DNA of 64,000 nt, taken from positions 2,418,001 to 2,482,000 of the forward strand of contig JBPQGU010000016.1 in assembly GCA_051362555.1 (NCBI GenBank), given 5' to 3'. The position numbers were made by a program, and so were the translations under genes. Shown one piece after another: positions 21,278 to 36,500 of the stretch. Source of the DNA: Lingula anatina (Eukaryota; Animalia; Brachiopoda). The notes under the pieces are model-generated. The model had not been told where the DNA came from. It searched no databases and saw only the letters and a program-made list of their open reading frames with translations. Each line of letters starts with the position of its first letter. The stretch's first letter is position 1.

Positions 21278-24200
21278 TTCAATTTTGGCCAGGTAGGGAT
21301 GAAAAATTTTTTTCTTCAATATTGTGTCAGGTAGGTGTGTTTGGTCATTTGTAGTGAGGGTAAAGTGCTGGAAGAGTGATTGTGTCATTATTTAGGAAGA
21401 AATAGAGCAAAAACTCTCTCCACCCCCCCCTCTCTCCAAATCCTGTTCTCAGGTGTGCTTTCTGGCAATCTTTAAAGCTGAAATTGGGGGCTTTAATGAA
21501 GTGACCCGGGCGCGTTTCCACATTTTTTATGAATGTCAGGTGTGGTAAATTAATTTTCATCACTTTTTGGAAAAATTGGTGACGGGTCATTTTTGGGTGA
21601 TTTTGAGAGATTTTCGTAAGGTCCGGATATGGCAGTTTTCTTCAATTTTGGCCAGGTAGGGATGAAAAATTTTTTTCTTCAATATTGTGTCAGGTAGGTG
21701 TGTTTGGTCATTTGTAGTGAGGGTAAAGTGCTGGAAGAGTGATTGTGTCATTATTTAGGAAGAAATAGAGCAAAAACTCTCTCCACCCCCCCCTCTCTCC
21801 AAATCCTGTTCTCAGGTGTGCTTTCTGGCAATCTTTAAAGCTGAAATTGGGGGCTTTAATGAAGTGACCCGGGCGCGTTTCCACATTTTTTATGAATGTC
21901 AGGTGTGGTAAATTAATTTTCATCACTTTTTGGAAAAATTGGTGACGGGTCATTTTTGGGTGATTTTGAGAGATTTTCGTAAGGTCCGGATATGGCAGTT
22001 TTCTTCAATTTTGGCCAGGTAGGGATGAAAAATTTTTTTCTTCAATATTGTGTCAGGTAGGTGTGTTTGGTCATTTGTAGTGAGGGTAAAGTGCTGGAAG
22101 AGTGATTGTGTCATTATTTAGGAAGAAATAGAGCAAAAACTCTCTCCACCCCCCCTCTCTCCAAATCCTGTTCTCAGGTGTGCTTTCTGGCAATCTTTAA
22201 AGCTGAAATTGGGGGCTTTAATGAAGTGACCCGGGCGCGTTTCCACATTTTTTATGAATGTCAGGTGTGGTAAATTAATTTTCATCACTTTTTGGAAAAA
22301 TTGGTGACGGGTCATTTTTGGGTGATTTTGAGAGATTTTCGTAAGGTCCGGATATGGCAGTTTTCTTCAATTTTGGCCAGGTAGGGATGAAAAATTTTTT
22401 TCTTCAATATTGTGTCAGGTAGGTGTGTTTGGTCATTTGTAGTGAGGGTAAAGTGCTGGAAGAGTGATTGTGTCATTATTTAGGAAGAAATAGAGCAAAA
22501 ACTCTCTCCACCCCCCCCTCTCTCCAAATCCTGTTCTCAGGTGTGCTTTCTGGCAATCTTTAAAGCTGAAATTGGAGGCTTTAATGAAGTGACCCGGGCG
22601 CGTTTCCACATTTTTTATGAATGTCAGGTGTGGTAAATTAATTTTCATCACTTTTTGGAAAAATTGGTGACGGGTCATTTTTGGGTGATTTTGAGAGATT
22701 TTCGTAAGGTCCGGATATGGCAGTTTTCTTCAATTTTGGCCAGGTAGGGATGAAAAATTTTTTTCTTCAATATTGTGTCAGGTAGGTGTGTTTGGTCATT
22801 TGTAGTGAGGGTAAAGTGCTGGAAGAGTGATTGTGTCATTATTTAGGAAGAAATAGAGCAAACACTCTCTCCACCCCCCCTCTCTCCAAATCCTGTTCTC
22901 AGGTGTGCTTTCTGGCAATCTTTAAAGCTGAAATTGGGGGCTTTAATGAAGTGACCCGGGCGCGTTTCCACATTTTTTATGAATGTCAGGTGTGGTAAAT
23001 TAATTTTCATCACTTTTTGGAAAAATTGGTGACGGGTCATTTTTGGGTGATTTTGAGAGATTTTCGTAAGGTCCGGATATGGCAGTTTTCTTCAATTTTG
23101 GCCAGGTAGGGATGAAAAATTTTTTTCTTCAATATTGTGTCAGGTAGGTGTGTTTGGTCATTTGTAGTGAGGGTAAAGTGCTGGAAGAGTGATTGTGTCA
23201 TTATTTAGGAAGAAATAGAGCAAAAACTCTCTCCACCCCCCCTCTCTCCAAATCCTGTTCTCAGGTGTGCTTTCTGGCAATCTTTAAAGCTGAAATTGGG
23301 GGCTTTAATGAAGTGACCCGGGCGCGTTTCCACATTTTTTATGAATGTCAGGTGTGGTAAATTAATTTTCATCACTTTTTGGAAAAATTGGTGACGGGTC
23401 ATTTTTGGGTGATTTTGAGAGATTTTCGTGAGGTCCGGATATGGCAGTTTTCTTCAATTTTGGCCAGGTAGGGATGAAAAATTTTTTTCTTCAATATTGT
23501 GTCAGGTAGGTGTGTTTGGTCATTTGTAGTGAGGGTAAAGTGCTGGAAGAGTGATTGTGTCATTATTTAGGAAGAAATAGAGCAAAAACTCTCTCCACCC
23601 CCCCTCTCTCCAAATCCTGTTCTCAGGTGTGCTTTCTGGCAATCTTTAAAGCTGAAATTGGGGGCTTTAATGAAGTGACCCGGGCGCGTTTCCACATTTT
23701 TTATGAATGTCAGGTGTGGTAAATTAATTTTCATCACTTTTTGGAAAAATTGGTGACGGGTCATTTTTGGGTGATTTTGAGAGATTTTCGTAAGGTCCGG
23801 ATATGGCAGTTTTCTTCAATTTTGGCCAGGTAGGGATGAAAAATTTTTTTCTTCAATATTGTGTCAGGTAGGTGTGTTTGGTCATTTGTAGTGAGGGTTA
23901 AGTGCTGGAAGAGTGATTGTGTCATTATTTAGGAAGAAATAGAGCAAAAACTCTCTCCACCCCCCCTCTCTCCAAATCCTGTTCTCAGGTGTGCTTTCTG
24001 GCAATCTTTAAAGCTGAAATTGGGGGCTTTAATGAAGTGACCCGGGCGCGTTTCCACATTTTTTATGAATGTCAGGTGTGGTAAATTAATTTTCATCACT
24101 TTTTGGAAAAATTGGTGACGGGTCATTTTTGGGTGATTTTGAGAGATTTTCGTAAGGTCTGGATATGGCAGTTTTCTTCAATTTTGGCCAGGTAGGGATG

Positions 24201-27200
24201 AAAAATTTTTTTCTTCAATATTGTGTCAGGTAGGTGTGTTTGGTCATTTGTAGTGAGGGTAAAGTGCTGGAAGAGTGATTGTGTCATTATTTAGGAAGAA
24301 ATAGAGCAAAAACTCTCTCCACCCCCCCTCTCTCCAAATCCTGTTCTCAGGTGTGCTTTCTGGCAATCTTTAAAGCTGAAATTGGGGGCTTTAATGAAGT
24401 GACCTGGGCGCGTTTCCACATTTTTTATGAATGTCAGGTGTGGTAAATTAATTTTCATCACTTTTTGGAAAAATTGGTGACGGGTCATTTTTGGGTGATT
24501 TTGAGAGATTTTCGTAAGGTCCGGATATGGCAGTTTTCTTCAATTTTGGCCAGGTAGGGATGAAAAATTTTTTTCTTCAATATTGTGTCAGGTAGGTGTG
24601 TTTGGTCATTTGTAGTGAGGGTAAAGTGCTGGAAGAGTGATTGTGTCATTATTTAGGAAGAAATAGAGCAAAAACTCTCTCCACCCCCCCTCTCTCCAAA
24701 TCCTGTTCTCAGGTGTGCTTTCTGGCAATCTTTAAAGCTGAAATTGGGGGCTTTAATGAAGTGACCCGGGCGCGTTTCCACATTTTTTATGAATGTCAGG
24801 TGTGGTAAATTAATTTTCATCACTTTTTGGAAAAATTGGTGACGGGTCATTTTTGGGTGATTTTGAGAGATTTTCGTAAGGTCCGGATATGGCAGTTTTC
24901 TTCAATTTTGGCCAGGTAGGGATGAAAAATTTTTTTCTTCAATATTGTGTCAGGTAGGTGTGTTTGGTCATTTGTAGTGAGGGTAAAGTGCTGGAAGAGT
25001 GATTGTGTCATTATTTAGGAAGAAATAGAGCAAAAACTCTCTCCACCCCCCCCCTCTCTCCAAATCCTGTTCTCAGGTGTGCTTTCTGGCAATCTTTAAA
25101 GCTGAAATTGGGGGCTTTAATGAAGTGACCCGGGCGCGTTTCCACATTTTTTATGAATGTCAGGTGTGGTAAATTAATTTTCATCACTTTTTGGAAAAAT
25201 TGGTGACGGGTCATTTTTGGGTGATTTTGAGAGATTTTCGTAAGGTCCGGATATGGCAGTTTTCTTCAATTTTGGCCAGGTAGGGATGAAAAATTTTTTT
25301 CTTCAATATTGTGTCAGGTAGGTGTGTTTGGTCATTTGTAGTGAGGGTAAAGTGCTGGAAGAGTGATTGTGTCATTATTTAGGAAGAAATAGAGCAAAAA
25401 CTCTCTCCACCCCCCCCTCTCTCCAAATCCTGTTCTCAGGTGTGCTTTCTGGCAATCTTTAAAGCTGAAATTGGGGGCTTTAATGAAGTGACCCGGGCGC
25501 GTTTCCACATTTTTTATGAATGTCAGGTGTGGTAAATTAATTTTCATCACTTTTTGGAAAAATTGGTGACGGGTCATTTTTGGGTGATTTTGAGAGATTT
25601 TCGTAAGGTCCAGATATGGCAGTTTTCTTCAATTTTGGCCAGGTAGGGATGAAAAATTTTTTTCTTCAATATTGTGTCAGGTAGGTGTGTTTGGTCATTT
25701 GTAGTGAGGGTAAAGTGCTGGAAGAGTGATTGTGTCATTATTTAGGAAGAAATAGAGCAAAAACTCTCTCCACCCCCCCCTCTCTCCAAATCCTGTTCTC
25801 AGGTGTGCTTTCTGGCAATCTTTAAAGCTGAAATTGGGGGCTTTAATGAAGTGACCCGGGCGCGTTTCCACATTTTTTATGAATGTCAGGTGTGGTAAAT
25901 TAATTTTCATCACTTTTTGGAAAAATTGGTGACAGGTCATTTTTGGGTGATTTTGAGAGATTTTTGTAAGGTCCGGATATGGCAGTTTTCTTCAATTTTG
26001 GCCAGGTAGGGATGAAAAATTTTTTTCTTCAATATTGTGTCAGGTAGGTGTGTTTGGTCATTTGTAGTGAGGGTAAAGTGCTGGAAGAGTGATTGTGTCA
26101 TTATTTAGGAAGAAATAGAGCAAAAACTCTCTCCACCCCCCCCTCTCTCCAAATCCTGTTCTCAGGTGTGCTTTCTGGCAATCTTTAAAGCTGAAATTGG
26201 GGGCTTTAATGAAGTGACCCGGGCGCGTTTCCACATTTTTTATGAATGTCAGGTGTGGTAAATTAATTTTCATCACTTTTTGGAAAAATTGGTGACGGGT
26301 CATTTTTGGGTGATTTTGAGAGATTTTCGTAAGGTCCGGATATGGCAGTTTTCTTCAATTTTGGCCAGGTAGGGATGAAAAATTTTTTTCTTCAATATTG
26401 TGTCAGGTAGGTGTGTTTGGTCATTTGTAGTGAGGGTAAAGTGCTGGAAGAGTGATTGTGTCATTATTTAGGAAGAAATAGAGCAAAAACTCTCTCCACC
26501 CCCCCCTCTCTCCAAATCCTGTTCTCAGGTGTGCTTTCTGGCAATCTTTAAAGCTGAAATTGGGGGCTTTAATGAAGTGACCCGGGCGCGTTTCCACATT
26601 TTTTATGAATGTCAGGTGTGGTAAATTAATTTTCATCACTTTTTGGAAAAATTGGTGACGGGTCATTTTTGGGTGATTTTGAGAGATTTTCGTAAGGTCC
26701 GGATATGGCAGTTTTCTTCAATTTTGGCCAGGTAGGGATGAAAAATTTTTTTCTTCAATATTGTGTCAGGTAGGTGTGTTTGGTCATTTGTAGTGAGGGT
26801 AAAGTGCTGGAAGAGTGATTGTGTCATTATTTAGGAAGAAATAGAGCAAAAACTCTCTCCACCCCCCCCTCTCTCCAAATCCTGTTCTCAGGTGTGCTTT
26901 CTGGCAATCTTTAAAGCTGAAATTGGGGGCTTTAATGAAGTGACCCGGGCGCGTTTCCACATTTTTTATGAATGTCAGGTGTGGTAAATTAATTTTCATC
27001 ACTTTTTGGAAAAATTGGTGACGGGTCATTTTTGGGTGATTTTGAGAGATTTTCGTAAGGTCCGGATATGGCAGTTTTCTTCAATTTTGGCCAGGTAGGG
27101 ATGAAAAATTTTTTTCTTCAATATTGTGTCAGGTAGGTGTGTTTGGTCATTTGTAGTGAGGGTAAAGTGCTGGAAGAGTGATTGTGTCATTATTTAGGAA

Positions 27201-30200
27201 GAAATAGAGCAAAAACTCTCTCCACCCCCCCTCTCTCCAAATCCTGTTCTCAGGTGTGCTTTCTGGCAATCTTTAAAGCTGAAATTGGGGGCTTTAATGA
27301 AGTGACCCGGGCGCGTTTCCACATTTTTTATGAATGTCAGGTGTGGTAAATTAATTTTCATCACTTTTTGGAAAAATTGGTGACGGGTCATTTTTGGGTG
27401 ATTTTGAGAGATTTTCGTAAGGTCCGGATATGGCAGTTTTCTTCAATTTTGGCCAGGTAGGGATGAAAAATTTTTTTCTTCAATATTGTGTCAGGTAGGT
27501 GTGTTTGGTCATTTGTAGTGAGGGTAAAGTGCTGGAAGAGTGATTGTGTCATTATTTAGGAAGAAATAGAGCAAAAACTCTCTCCACCCCCCCCTCTCTC
27601 CAAATCCTGTTCTCAGGTGTGCTTTCTGGCAATCTTTAAAGCTGAAATTGGGGGCTTTAATGAAGTGACCCGGGCGCGTTTCCACATTTTTTATGAATGT
27701 CAGGTGTGGTAAATTAATTTTCATCACTTTTTGGAAAAATTGGTGACGGGTCATTTTTGGGTGATTTTGAGAGATTTTCGTAAGGTCCGGATATGGCAGT
27801 TTTCTTCAATTTTGGCCAGGTAGGGATGAAAAATTTTTTTCTTCAATATTGTGTCAGGTAGGTGTGTTTGGTCATTTGTAGTGAGGGTAAAGTGCTGGAA
27901 GAGTGATTGTGTCATTATTTAGGAAGAAATAGAGCAAAAACTCTCTCCACCCCCCCCTCTCTCCAAATCCTGTTCTCAGGTGTGCTTTCTGGCAATCTTT
28001 AAAGCTGAAATTGGGGGCTTTAATGAAGTGACCCGGGCGCGTTTCCACATTTTTTATGAATGTCAGGTGTGGTAAATTAATTTTCATCACTTTTTGGAAA
28101 AATTGGTGACGGGTCATTTTTGGGTGATTTTGAGAGATTTTCGTAAGGTCCGGATATGGCAGTTTTCTTCAATTTTGGCCAGGTAGGGATGAAAAATTTT
28201 TTTCTTCAATATTGTGTCAGGTAGGTGTGTTTGGTCATTTGTAGTGAGGGTAAAGTGCTGGAAGAGTGATTGTGTCATTATTTAGGAAGAAATAGAGCAA
28301 AAACTCTCTCCACCCCCCCCTCTCTCCAAATCCTGTTCTCAGGTGTGCTTTCTGGCAATCTTTAAAGCTGAAATTGGGGGCTTTAATGAAGTGACCCGGG
28401 CGCGTTTCCACATTTTTTATGAATGTCAGGTGTGGTAAATTAATTTTCATCACTTTTTGGAAAAATTGGTGACGGGTCATTTTTGGGTGATTTTGAGAGA
28501 TTTTCGTAAGGTCCGGATATGGCAGTTTTCTTCAATTTTGGCCAGGTAGGGATGAAAAATTTTTTTCTTCAATATTGTGTCAGGTAGGTGTGTTTGGTCA
28601 TTTGTAGTGAGGGTAAAGTGCTGGAAGAGTGATTGTGTCATTATTTAGGAAGAAATAGAGCAAAAACTCTCTCCACCCCCCCCTCTCTCCAAATCCTGTT
28701 CTCAGGTGTGCTTTCTGGCAATCTTTAAAGCTGAAATTGGGGGCTTTAATGAAGTGACCCGGGCGCGTTTCCACATTTTTTATGAATGTCAGGTGTGGTA
28801 AATTAATTTTCATCACTTTTTGGAAAAATTGGTGACGGGTCATTTTTGGGTGATTTTGAGAGATTTTCGTAAGGTCCGGATATGGCAGTTTTCTTCAATT
28901 TTGGCCAGGTAGGGATGAAAAATTTTTTTCTTCAATATTGTGTCAGGTAGGTGTGTTTGGTCATTTGTAGTGAGGGTAAAGTGCTGGAAGAGTGATTGTG
29001 TCATTATTTAGGAAGAAATAGAGCAAAAACTCTCTCCACCCCCCCCTCTCTCCAAATCCTGTTCTCAGGTGTGCTTTCTGGCAATCTTTAAAGCTGAAAT
29101 TGGGGGCTTTAATGAAGTGACCCGGGCGCGTTTCCACATTTTTTATGAATGTCAGGTGTGGTAAATTAATTTTCATCACTTTTTGGAAAAATTGGTGACG
29201 GGTCATTTTTGGGTGATTTTGAGAGATTTTCGTAAGGTCCGGATATGGCAGTTTTCTTCAATTTTGGCCAGGTAGGGATGAAAAATTTTTTTCTTCAATA
29301 TTGTGTCAGGTAGGTGTGTTTGGTCATTTGTAGTGAGGGTAAAGTGCTGGAAGAGTGATTGTGTCATTATTTAGGAAGAAATAGAGCAAAAACTCTCTCC
29401 ACCCCCCCCCTCTCTCCAAATCCTGTTCTCAGGTGTGCTTTCTGGCAATCTTTAAAGCTGAAATTGGGGGCTTTAATGAAGTGACCCGGGCGCGTTTCCA
29501 CATTTTTTATGAATGTCAGGTGTGGTAAATTAATTTTCATCACTTTTTGGAAAAATTGGTGACGGGTCATTTTTGGGTGATTTTGAGAGATTTTCGTAAG
29601 GTCCGGATATGGCAGTTTTCTTCAATTTTGGCCAGGTAGGGATGAAAAATTTTTTTCTTCAATATTGTGTCAGGTAGGTGTGTTTGGTCATTTGTAGTGA
29701 GGGTAAAGTGCTGGAAGAGTGATTGTGTCATTATTTAGGAAGAAATAGAGCAAAAACTCTCTCCACCCCCCCCTCTCTCCAAATCCTGTTCTCAGGTGTG
29801 CTTTCTGGCAATCTTTAAAGCTGAAATTGGGGGCTTTAATGAAGTGACCCGGGCGCGTTTCCACATTTTTTATGAATGTCAGGTGTGGTAAATTAATTTT
29901 CATCACTTTTTGGAAAAATTGGTGACGGGTCATTTTTGGGTGATTTTGAGAGATTTTCGTAAGGTCCGGATATGGCAGTTTTCTTCAATTTTGGCCAGGT
30001 AGGGATGAAAAATTTTTTTCTTCAATATTGTGTCAGGTAGGTGTGTTTGGTCATTTGTAGTGAGGGTAAAGTGCTGGAAGAGTGATTGTGTCATTATTTA
30101 GGAAGAAATAGAGCAAAAACTCTCTCCACCCCCCCCTCTCTCCAAATCCTGTTCTCAGGTGTGCTTTCTGGCAATCTTTAAAGCTGAAATTGGGGGCTTT

Positions 30201-33200
30201 AATGAAGTGACCCGGGCGCGTTTCCACATTTTTTATGAATGTCAGGTGTGGTAAATTAATTTTCATCACTTTTTGGAAAAATTGGTGACGGGTCATTTTT
30301 GGGTGATTTTGAGAGATTTTCGTAAGGTCCGGATATGGCAGTTTTCTTCAATTTTGGCCAGGTAGGGATGAAAAATTTTTTTCTTCAATATTGTGTCAGG
30401 TAGGTGTGTTTGGTCATTTGTAGTGAGGGTAAAGTGCTGGAAGAGTGATTGTGTCATTATTTAGGAAGAAATAGAGCAAAAACTCTCTCCACCCCCCCCT
30501 CTCTCCAAATCCTGTTCTCAGGTGTGCTTTCTGGCAATCTTTAAAGCTGAAATTGGGGGCTTTAATGAAGTGACCCGGGCGCGTTTCCACATTTTTTATG
30601 AATGTCAGGTGTGGTAAATTAATTTTCATCACTTTTTGGAAAAATTGGTGACGGGTCATTTTTGGGTGATTTTGAGAGATTTTCGTAAGGTCCGGATATG
30701 GCAGTTTTCTTCAATTTTGGCCAGGTAGGGATGAAAAATTTTTTTCTTCAATATTGTGTCAGGTAGGTGTGTTTGGTCATTTGTAGTGAGGGTAAAGTGC
30801 TGGAAGAGTGATTGTGTCATTATTTAGGAAGAAATAGAGCAAAAACTCTCTCCACCCCCCCCTCTCTCCAAATCCTGTTCTCAGGTGTGCTTTCTGGCAA
30901 TCTTTAAAGCTGAAATTGGGGGCTTTAATGAAGTGACCCGGGCGCGTTTCCACATTTTTTATGAATGTCAGGTGTGGTAAATTAATTTTCATCACTTTTT
31001 GGAAAAATTGGTGACGGGTCATTTTTGGGTGATTTTGAGAGATTTTCGTAAGGTCCGGATATGGCAGTTTTCTTCAATTTTGGCCAGGTAGGGATGAAAA
31101 ATTTTTTTCTTCAATATTGTGTCAGGTAGGTGTGTTTGGTCATTTGTAGTGAGGGTAAAGTGCTGGAAGAGTGATTGTGTCATTATTCAGGAAGAAATAG
31201 AGCAAAAACTCTCTCCACCCCCCCCTCTCTCCAAATCCTGTTCTCAGGTGTGCTTTCTGGCAATCTTTAAAGCTGAAATTGGGGGCTTTAATGAAGTGAC
31301 CCGGGCGCGTTTCCACATTTTTTATGAATGTCAGGTGTGGTAAATTAATTTTCATCACTTTTTGGAAAAATTGGTGACGGGTCATTTTTGGGTGATTTTG
31401 AGAGATTTTCGTAAGGTCCGGATATGGCAGTTTTCTTCAATTTTGGCCAGGTAGGGATGAAAAATTTTTTTCTTCAATATTGTGTCAGGTAGGTGTGTTT
31501 GGTCATTTGTAGTGAGGGTAAAGTGCTGGAAGAGTGATTGTGTCATTATTTAGGAAGAAATAGAGCAAAAACTCTCTCCACCCCCCCCTCTCTCCAAATC
31601 CTGTTCTCAGGTGTGCTTTCTGGCAATCTTTAAAGCTGAAATTGGGGGCTTTAATGAAGTGACCCGGGCGCGTTTCCACATTTTTTATGAATGTCAGGTG
31701 TGGTAAATTAATTTTCATCACTTTTTGGAAAAATTGGTGACGGGTCATTTTTGGGTGATTTTGAGAGATTTTCGTAAGGTCCGGATATGGCAGTTTTCTT
31801 CAATTTTGGCCAGGTAGGGATGAAAAATTTTTTTCTTCAATATTGTGTCAGGTAGGTGTGTTTGGTCATTTGTAGTGAGGGTAAAGTGCTGGAAGAGTGA
31901 TTGTGTCATTATTTAGGAAGAAATAGAGCAAAAACTCTCTCCACCCCCCTCTCTCCAAATCCTGTTCTCAGGTGTGCTTTCTGGCAATCTTTAAAGCTGA
32001 AATTGGGGGCTTTATTGAAGTGACCCGGGCGCGTTTCCACATTTTTTATAAATGTCAGGTGTGGTAAATTAATTTTCATCACTTTTTGGAAAAATTGGTG
32101 ACGGGTCATTTTTGGGTGATTTTGAGAGATTTTCGTAAGGTCCGGATATGGCAGTTTTCTTCAATTTTGGCCAGGTAGGGATGAAAAATTTTTTTCTTCA
32201 ATATTGTGTCAGGTAGGTGTGTTTGGTCATTTGTAGTGAGGGTAAAGTGCTGGAAGAGTGATTGTGTCATTATTTAGGAAGAAATAGAGCAAAAACTCTC
32301 TCCACCCCCCTCTCTCCAAATCCTGTTCTCAGGTGTGCTTTCTGGCAATCTTTAAAGCTGAAATTGGGGGCTTTAATGAAGTGACCCGGGCGCGTTTCCA
32401 CAATTTTTATGAATGTCAGGTGTGGTAAATTAATTTTCATCACTTTTTGGAAAAATTGGTGACGAGTCATTTTTGGGTGATTTTGAGAGATTTTCGTAAG
32501 GTCCGGATATGGCAGTTTTCTTCAATTTTGGCCAGGTAGGGATGAAAAATTTTTTTCTTCAATATTGTGTCAGGTAGGTGTGTTTGGTCATTTGTAGTGA
32601 GGGTAAAGTGCTGGAAGAGTGATTGTGTCATTATTTAGGAAGAAATAGAGCAAAAACTCTCTCCACCCCCCCTCTCTCCAAATCCTGTTCTCAGGTGTGC
32701 TTTCTGGCAATCTTTAAAGCTGAAATTGGGGGCTTTAATGAAGTGACCCGGGCGCGTTTCCACATTTTTTATGAATGTCAGGTGTGGTAAATTAATTTTC
32801 ATCACTTTTTGGAAAAATTGGTGACGGGTCATTTTTGGGTGATTTTGAGAGATTTTCGTAAGGTCCGGATATGGCAGTTTTCTTCAATTTTGGCCAGGTA
32901 GGGATGAAAAATTTTTTTCTTCAATATTGTGTCAGGTAGGTGTGTTTGGTCATTTGTAGTGAGGGTAAAGTGCTGGAAGAGTGATTGTGTCATTATTTAG
33001 GAAGAAATAGAGCAAAAACTCTCTCCACCCCCCCCTCTCTCCAAATCCTGTTCTCAGGTGTGCTTTCTGGCAATCTTTAAAGCTGAAATTGGGGGCTTTA
33101 ATGAAGTGACCCGGGCGCGTTTCCACATTTTTTATGAATGTCAGGTGTGGTAAATTAATTTTCATCACTTTTTGGAAAAATTGGTGACGGGTCATTTTTG

Positions 33201-33560
33201 GGTGATTTTGAGAGATTTTCGTAAGGTCCGGATATGGCAGTTTTCTTCAATTTTGGCCAGGTAGGGATGAAAAATTTTTTTCTTCAATATTGTGTCAGGT
33301 AGGTGTGTTTGGTCATTTGTAGTGAGGGTAAAGTGCTGGAAGAGTGATTGTGTCATTATTTAGGAAGAAATAGAGCAAAAACTCTCTCCACCCCCCCCTC
33401 TCTCCAAATCCTGTTCTCAGGTGTGCTTTCTGGCAATCTTTAAAGCTGAAATTGGGGGCTTTAATGAAGTGACCCGGGCGCGTTTCCACATTTTTTATGA
33501 ATGTCAGGTGTGGTAAATTAATTTTCATCACTTTTTGGAAAAATTGGTGACGGGTCATTT
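21278..33560. repeat. Array domain II: enriched in 363-bp monomers with a C8 (vs C7) tract
   Basis: Starts at a 3-bp TTC deletion near 21280. 18 of the 19 monomers between 25011 and 31748 have C8 or C9, seen as the 81-aa and 67-aa ORF variants. Confidence 0.8.
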
Positions 33561-36500
33561 TTGGGTGATTTTGAGAGATTTTCGTAAGGTCCGGATATGG
33601 CAGTTTTCTTCAATTTTGGCCAGGTAGGGATGAAAAATTTTTTTCTTCAATATTGTGTCAGGTAGGTGTGTTTGGTCATTTGTAGTGAGGGTAAAGTGCT
33701 GGAAGAGTGATTGTGTCATTATTTAGGAAGAAATAGAGCAAAAACTCTCTCCACCCCCCCTCTCTCCAAATCCTGTTCTCAGGTGTGCTTTCTGGCAATC
33801 TTTAAAGCTGAAATTGGGGGCTTTAATGAAGTGACCCGGGCGCGTTTCCACATTTTTTATGAATGTCAGGTGTGGTAAATTAATTTTCATCACTTTTTGG
33901 AAAAATTGGTGACGGGTCATTTTTGGGTGATTTTGAGAGATTTTCGTAAGGTCCGGATATGGCAGTTTTCTTCAATTTTGGCCAGGTAGGGATGAAAAAT
34001 TTTTTTCTTCAATATTGTGTCAGGTAGGTGTGTTTGGTCATTTGTAGTGAGGGTAAAGTGCTGGAAGAGTGATTGTGTCATTATTTAGGAAGAAATAGAG
34101 CAAAAACTCTCTCCACCCCCCCTCTCTCCAAATCCTGTTCTCAGGTGTGCTTTCTGGCAATCTTTAAAGCTGAAATTGGGGGCTTTAATGAAGTGACCCG
34201 GGCGCGTTTCCACATTTTTTATGAATGTCAGGTGTGGTAAATTAATTTTCATCACTTTTTGGAAAAATTGGTGACGGGTCATTTTTGGGTGATTTTGAGA
34301 GATTTTCGTAAGGTCCGGATATGGCAGTTTTCTTCAATTTTGGCCAGGTAGGGATGAAAAATTTTTTTCTTCAATATTGTGTCAGGTAGGTGTGTTTGGT
34401 CATTTGTAGTGAGGGTAAAGTGCTGGAAGAGTGATTGTGTCATTATTTAGGAAGAAATAGAGCAAAAACTCTCTCCACCCCCCCTCTCTCCAAATCCTGT
34501 TCTCAGGTGTGCTTTCTGGCAATCTTTAAAGCTGAAATTGGGGGCTTTAATGAAGTGACCTGGGCGCGTTTCCACATTTTTTATGAATGTCAGGTGTGGT
34601 AAATTAATTTTCATCACTTTTTGGAAAAATTGGTGACGGGTCATTTTTGGGTGATTTTGAGAGATTTTCGTAAGGTCCGGATATGGCAGTTTTCTTCAAT
34701 TTTGGCCAGGTAGGGATGAAAAATTTTTTTCTTCAATATTGTGTCAGGTAGGTGTGTTTGGTCATTTGTAGTGAGGGTAAAGTGCTGGAAGAGTGATTGT
34801 GTCATTATTTAGGAAGAAATAGAGCAAAAACTCTCTCCACCCCCCCTCTCTCCAAATCCTGTTCTCAGGTGTGCTTTCTGGCAATCTTTAAAGCTGAAAT
34901 TGGGGGCTTTAATGAAGTGACCCGGGCGCGTTTCCACATTTTTTATGAATGTCAGGTGTGGTAAATTAATTTTCATCACTTTTTGGAAAAATTGGTGACG
35001 GGTCATTTTTGGGTGATTTTGAGAGATTTTCGTAAGGTCCGGATATGGCAGTTTTCTTCAATTTTGGCCAGGTAGGGATGAAAAATTTTTTTCTTCAATA
35101 TTGTGTCAGGTAGGTGTGTTTGGTCATTTGTAGTGAGGGTAAAGTGCTGGAAGAGTGATTGTGTCATTATTTAGGAAGAAATAGAGCAAAAACTCTCTCC
35201 ACCCCCCCTCTCTCCAAATCATGTTTTCAGGTGTGCTTTCTGGCAATCTTTAAAGCTGAAATTGGGGGCTTTAATGAAGTGACCCGGGCGCGTTTCCACA
35301 TTTTTTATGAATGTCAGGTGTGGTAAATTAATTTTCATCACTTTTTGGAAAAATTGGTGACGGGTCATTTTTGGGTGATTTTGAGAGATTTTCGTAAGGT
35401 CCGGATATGGCAGTTTTCTTCAATTTTGGCCAGGTAGGGATGAAAAATTTTTTTCTTCAATATTGTGTCAGGTAGGTGTGTTTGGTCATTTGTAGTGAGG
35501 GTAAAGTGCTGGAAGAGTGATTGTGTCATTATTTAGGAAGAAATAGAGCAAAAACTCTCTCCACCCCCCCTCTCTCCAAATCCTGTTCTCAGGTGTGCTT
35601 TCTGGCAATCTTTAAAGCTGAAATTGGGGGCTTTAATGAAGTGACCCGGGCGCGTTTCCACATTTTTTATGAATGTCAGGTGTGGTAAATTAATTTTCAT
35701 CACTTTTTGGAAAAATTGGTGACGGGTCATTTTTGGGTGATTTTGAGAGATTTTCGTAAGGTCCGGATATGGCAGTTTTCTTCAATTTTGGCCAGGTAGG
35801 GATGAAAAATTTTTTTCTTCAATATTGTGTCAGGTAGGTGTGTTTGGTCATTTGTAGTGAGGGTAAAGTGCTGGAAGAGTGATTGTGTCATTATTTAGGA
35901 AGAAATAGAGCAAAAACTCTCTCCACCCCCCCTCTCTCCAAATCCTGTTTTCAGGTGTGCTTTCTGGCAATCTTTAAAGCTGAAATTGGGGGCTTTAATG
36001 AAGTGACCCGGGCTTGTTTCCACATTTTTTTATGAATGTCAGGTGTGGTAAATTAATTTTCATCACTTTTTGGAAAAATTGGTGACGGGTCATTTTTGGG
36101 TGATTTTGAGAGATTTTCGTAAGGTCCGGATATGGCAGTTTTCTTCAATTTTGGCCAGGTAGGGATGAAAAATTTTTTTCTTCAATATTGTGTCAGGTAG
36201 GTGTGTTTGGTCATTTGTAGTGAGGGTAAAGTGCTGGAAGAGTGATTGTGTCATTATTTAGGAAGAAATAGAGCAAAAACTCTCTCCACCCCCCCTCTCT
36301 CCAAATCCTGTTCTCAGGTGTGCTTTCTGGCAATCTTTAAAGCTGAAATTGGGGGCTTTAATGAAGTGACCCGGGCGCGTTTCCACATTTTTTATGAATG
36401 TCAGGTGTGGTAAATTAATTTTCATCACTTTTTGGAAAAATTGGTGACGGGTCATTTTTGGGTGATTTTGAGAGATTTTCGTAAGGTCCGGATATGGCAG

